Shown here: positions 62,688 to 64,000 of the stretch, in pieces
Position numbering within the stretch: position 1 is the stretch's first letter
How the letters are laid out: every line of letters starts with the position of its first letter
From: a bacterium
GTDB lineage: Bacteria > Bacteroidota > Ignavibacteria > UBA10030
Length of the DNA: 64,000 bases
Reading direction: 5' to 3'
Assembly: GCA_043803945.1 (NCBI GenBank)
Contig: JAZDJN010000061.1
Location: forward strand, 64,001-128,000
Translations under genes and position numbers: made by a program
The notes under the pieces: model-generated
What the model was told of the DNA's origin: nothing
Seen by the model: only the letters and a program-made list of their open reading frames with translations
Database searches by the model: none

Positions 62688-64000
62688 TTATTTCATCAGC
62701 ATCATCTTCTTCGATGCTGCGAAATCGCCAGCTTCGATGCGATAGAGATACACGCCGCTGCTGACGATGTTACCTCTGCTGTCTTTGCCATTCCATACGA
62801 CATTCTTATAACCTGCTGTCATATGATCGTCAATGAGAGTGGCAATCTTATTACCATTGATGCTATAGATTGTCACCTTCACCTGCGATTCCTTCGGCAA
62901 TGCAAAGGAAATCTGCGTCGATGGATTGAATGGATTTGGATAGTTCTGATTGAGTGCAAACTCGGTTGGGATTCCCTGTTCGAGATCTGAGACTCCTGTC
63001 AGAACTGCACCTGATGTAGTATACGCACTCTGGTTGCCAGCATTGTCAACGGCTTTGATCTTGTAGACATAGCTGCCGGTTTGAACCAGCTTGTCGATAT
63101 AGGTGAGGTCTTTGACGTTATCAGCGATTGGTGAGGAGGTCGCTGGGTCGAAATTCGCATTGGTACCACGATAGATAACATATTTTTCGATATCATCATC
63201 CACGGGTGATGGAGCATCCCAACGCAATGAGACCTGATTACGCAGCGATGCGGCAACAAATGCTGCCGGTGCGGTCGGTACGATATTGTTAACGGAGTAT
63301 CCGCTGTCGATTGGCGACATATAGGCAGTTGCATTATCTGCGCTGAGTCCGGCAACCATAAATTTCGTCCAGTACATTCCCTTGGTCTTTGTGGAATCGT
63401 AAATCGTCGGGACGATAACACCATATTGTGCCATTCCTATCGCACTGACTTCGGCAACTTGTGTCCAAACCATTCCAGCCATAGTGAACTGATTTGAACC
63501 GGAGCCCGCTGATGCGAGCATATCGGAATAGTTCTTCACATTCTTCACAGTAGACGTTGAGAATGGGAATGGATCCTGACGATAGACGACATACTTTATG
63601 ACTTTACCGAAGGCAGCCTTTTCAGCCGGGAATTGATTCCATACAAGCTGTAAGCGCTTGCCATTGTCCGTTGGAACGTCGGCGATCGGAGATGCAATCT
63701 TCGCTGCACCGGCGCTAAGTTTCAATTGTTCGATGGAGGACTTTAACAATCCTTCGGCATATTTGAAGTTGTGCACACCATAGCTAAGATCATAATCGAC
63801 AAACTGATAATTGTACGCTGCGGCTTTTTCGGCAGTTGTCAATGGTCGTTTCAAAACACTTGGAACTCCGGTCCATCCCTGATAGGTGTATGTATCAGTT
63901 GGATATATGTTTGTGATACCGGCAGAATCGCGTTTCGGCATCAATTTTCCCAGTTCTTCTAACATCTTCTTCGTCTTGTGCTGTGTTAACTCGACGAACT
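62688..64000 (-). CDS. C-terminal part of a paralogous T9SS-secreted protein (probable multiheme cytochrome) with FN3-like domains; partial
   Basis: Frame is open to the window edge. AAYNYQFVDYDLSYGVHNFKYA matches AVFNYNYVKYDMSGGVHNPKYA of the neighbour. FN3-like VSLRWD..YVIYRG..YVYKIKAVD and LNQNYPNPFNP...KKMMLMK. Confidence 0.8.
   Translation of the reverse strand, partial: FVELTQHKTKKMLEELGKLMPKRDSAGITNIYPTDTYTYQGWTGVPSVLKRPLTTAEKAAAYNYQFVDYDLSYGVHNFKYAEGLLKSSIEQLKLSAGAAKIASPIADVPTDNGKRLQLVWNQFPAEKAAFGKVIKYVVYRQDPFPFSTSTVKNVKNYSDMLASAGSGSNQFTMAGMVWTQVAEVSAIGMAQYGVIVPTIYDSTKTKGMYWTKFMVAGLSADNATAYMSPIDSGYSVNNIVPTAPAAFVAASLRNQVSLRWDAPSPVDDDIEKYVIYRGTNANFDPATSSPIADNVKDLTYIDKLVQTGSYVYKIKAVDNAGNQSAYTTSGAVLTGVSDLEQGIPTEFALNQNYPNPFNPSTQISFALPKESQVKVTIYSINGNKIATLIDDHMTAGYKNVVWNGKDSRGNIVSSGVYLYRIEAGDFAASKKMMLMK

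Overview
A 64-kb, almost entirely minus-strand energy-metabolism supercluster from an anaerobic Ignavibacteria/Bacteroidota-type bacterium (inferred from T9SS C-terminal sorting domains). It holds three cytoplasmic group 3 [NiFe]-hydrogenases: 3d HoxEFUYH, 3c MvhA with hdrCBA-mvhDG, and 3b sulfhydrogenase HyhBGSL. It also has three maturation proteases, a full but interrupted hypABFCDE set, a Ni transporter, PFOR, citrate synthase and Mdh. The Hdr/Mvh module is visibly decaying: an in-frame TAA in hdrB, a deletion fusing mvhD to mvhG, and lost Cys ligands. Most notable: (i) tandem genes for type IX secretion-tagged multiheme c-type cytochromes (60-64 kb); (ii) an AT-rich two-gene island encoding a SNF2 helicase and an actin/Hsp70-fold ATPase, with a structured leader, as a candidate uncharacterised defence system (26-30.8 kb); (iii) an operon of a lysine-less membrane GcvH-like protein, HybA/HybB-like proteins, a 13-heme cytochrome and a sensor kinase (0-4.2 kb); (iv) a recurring sigma-54-like -24/-12 motif in front of five transcription units; (v) a 57-aa heme-motif ORF missed by the ORF track and a lipoprotein rubrerythrin. 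No rRNA, tRNA, CRISPR array or intact transposase was seen. All calls rest on motif recognition by eye; no searches were run.
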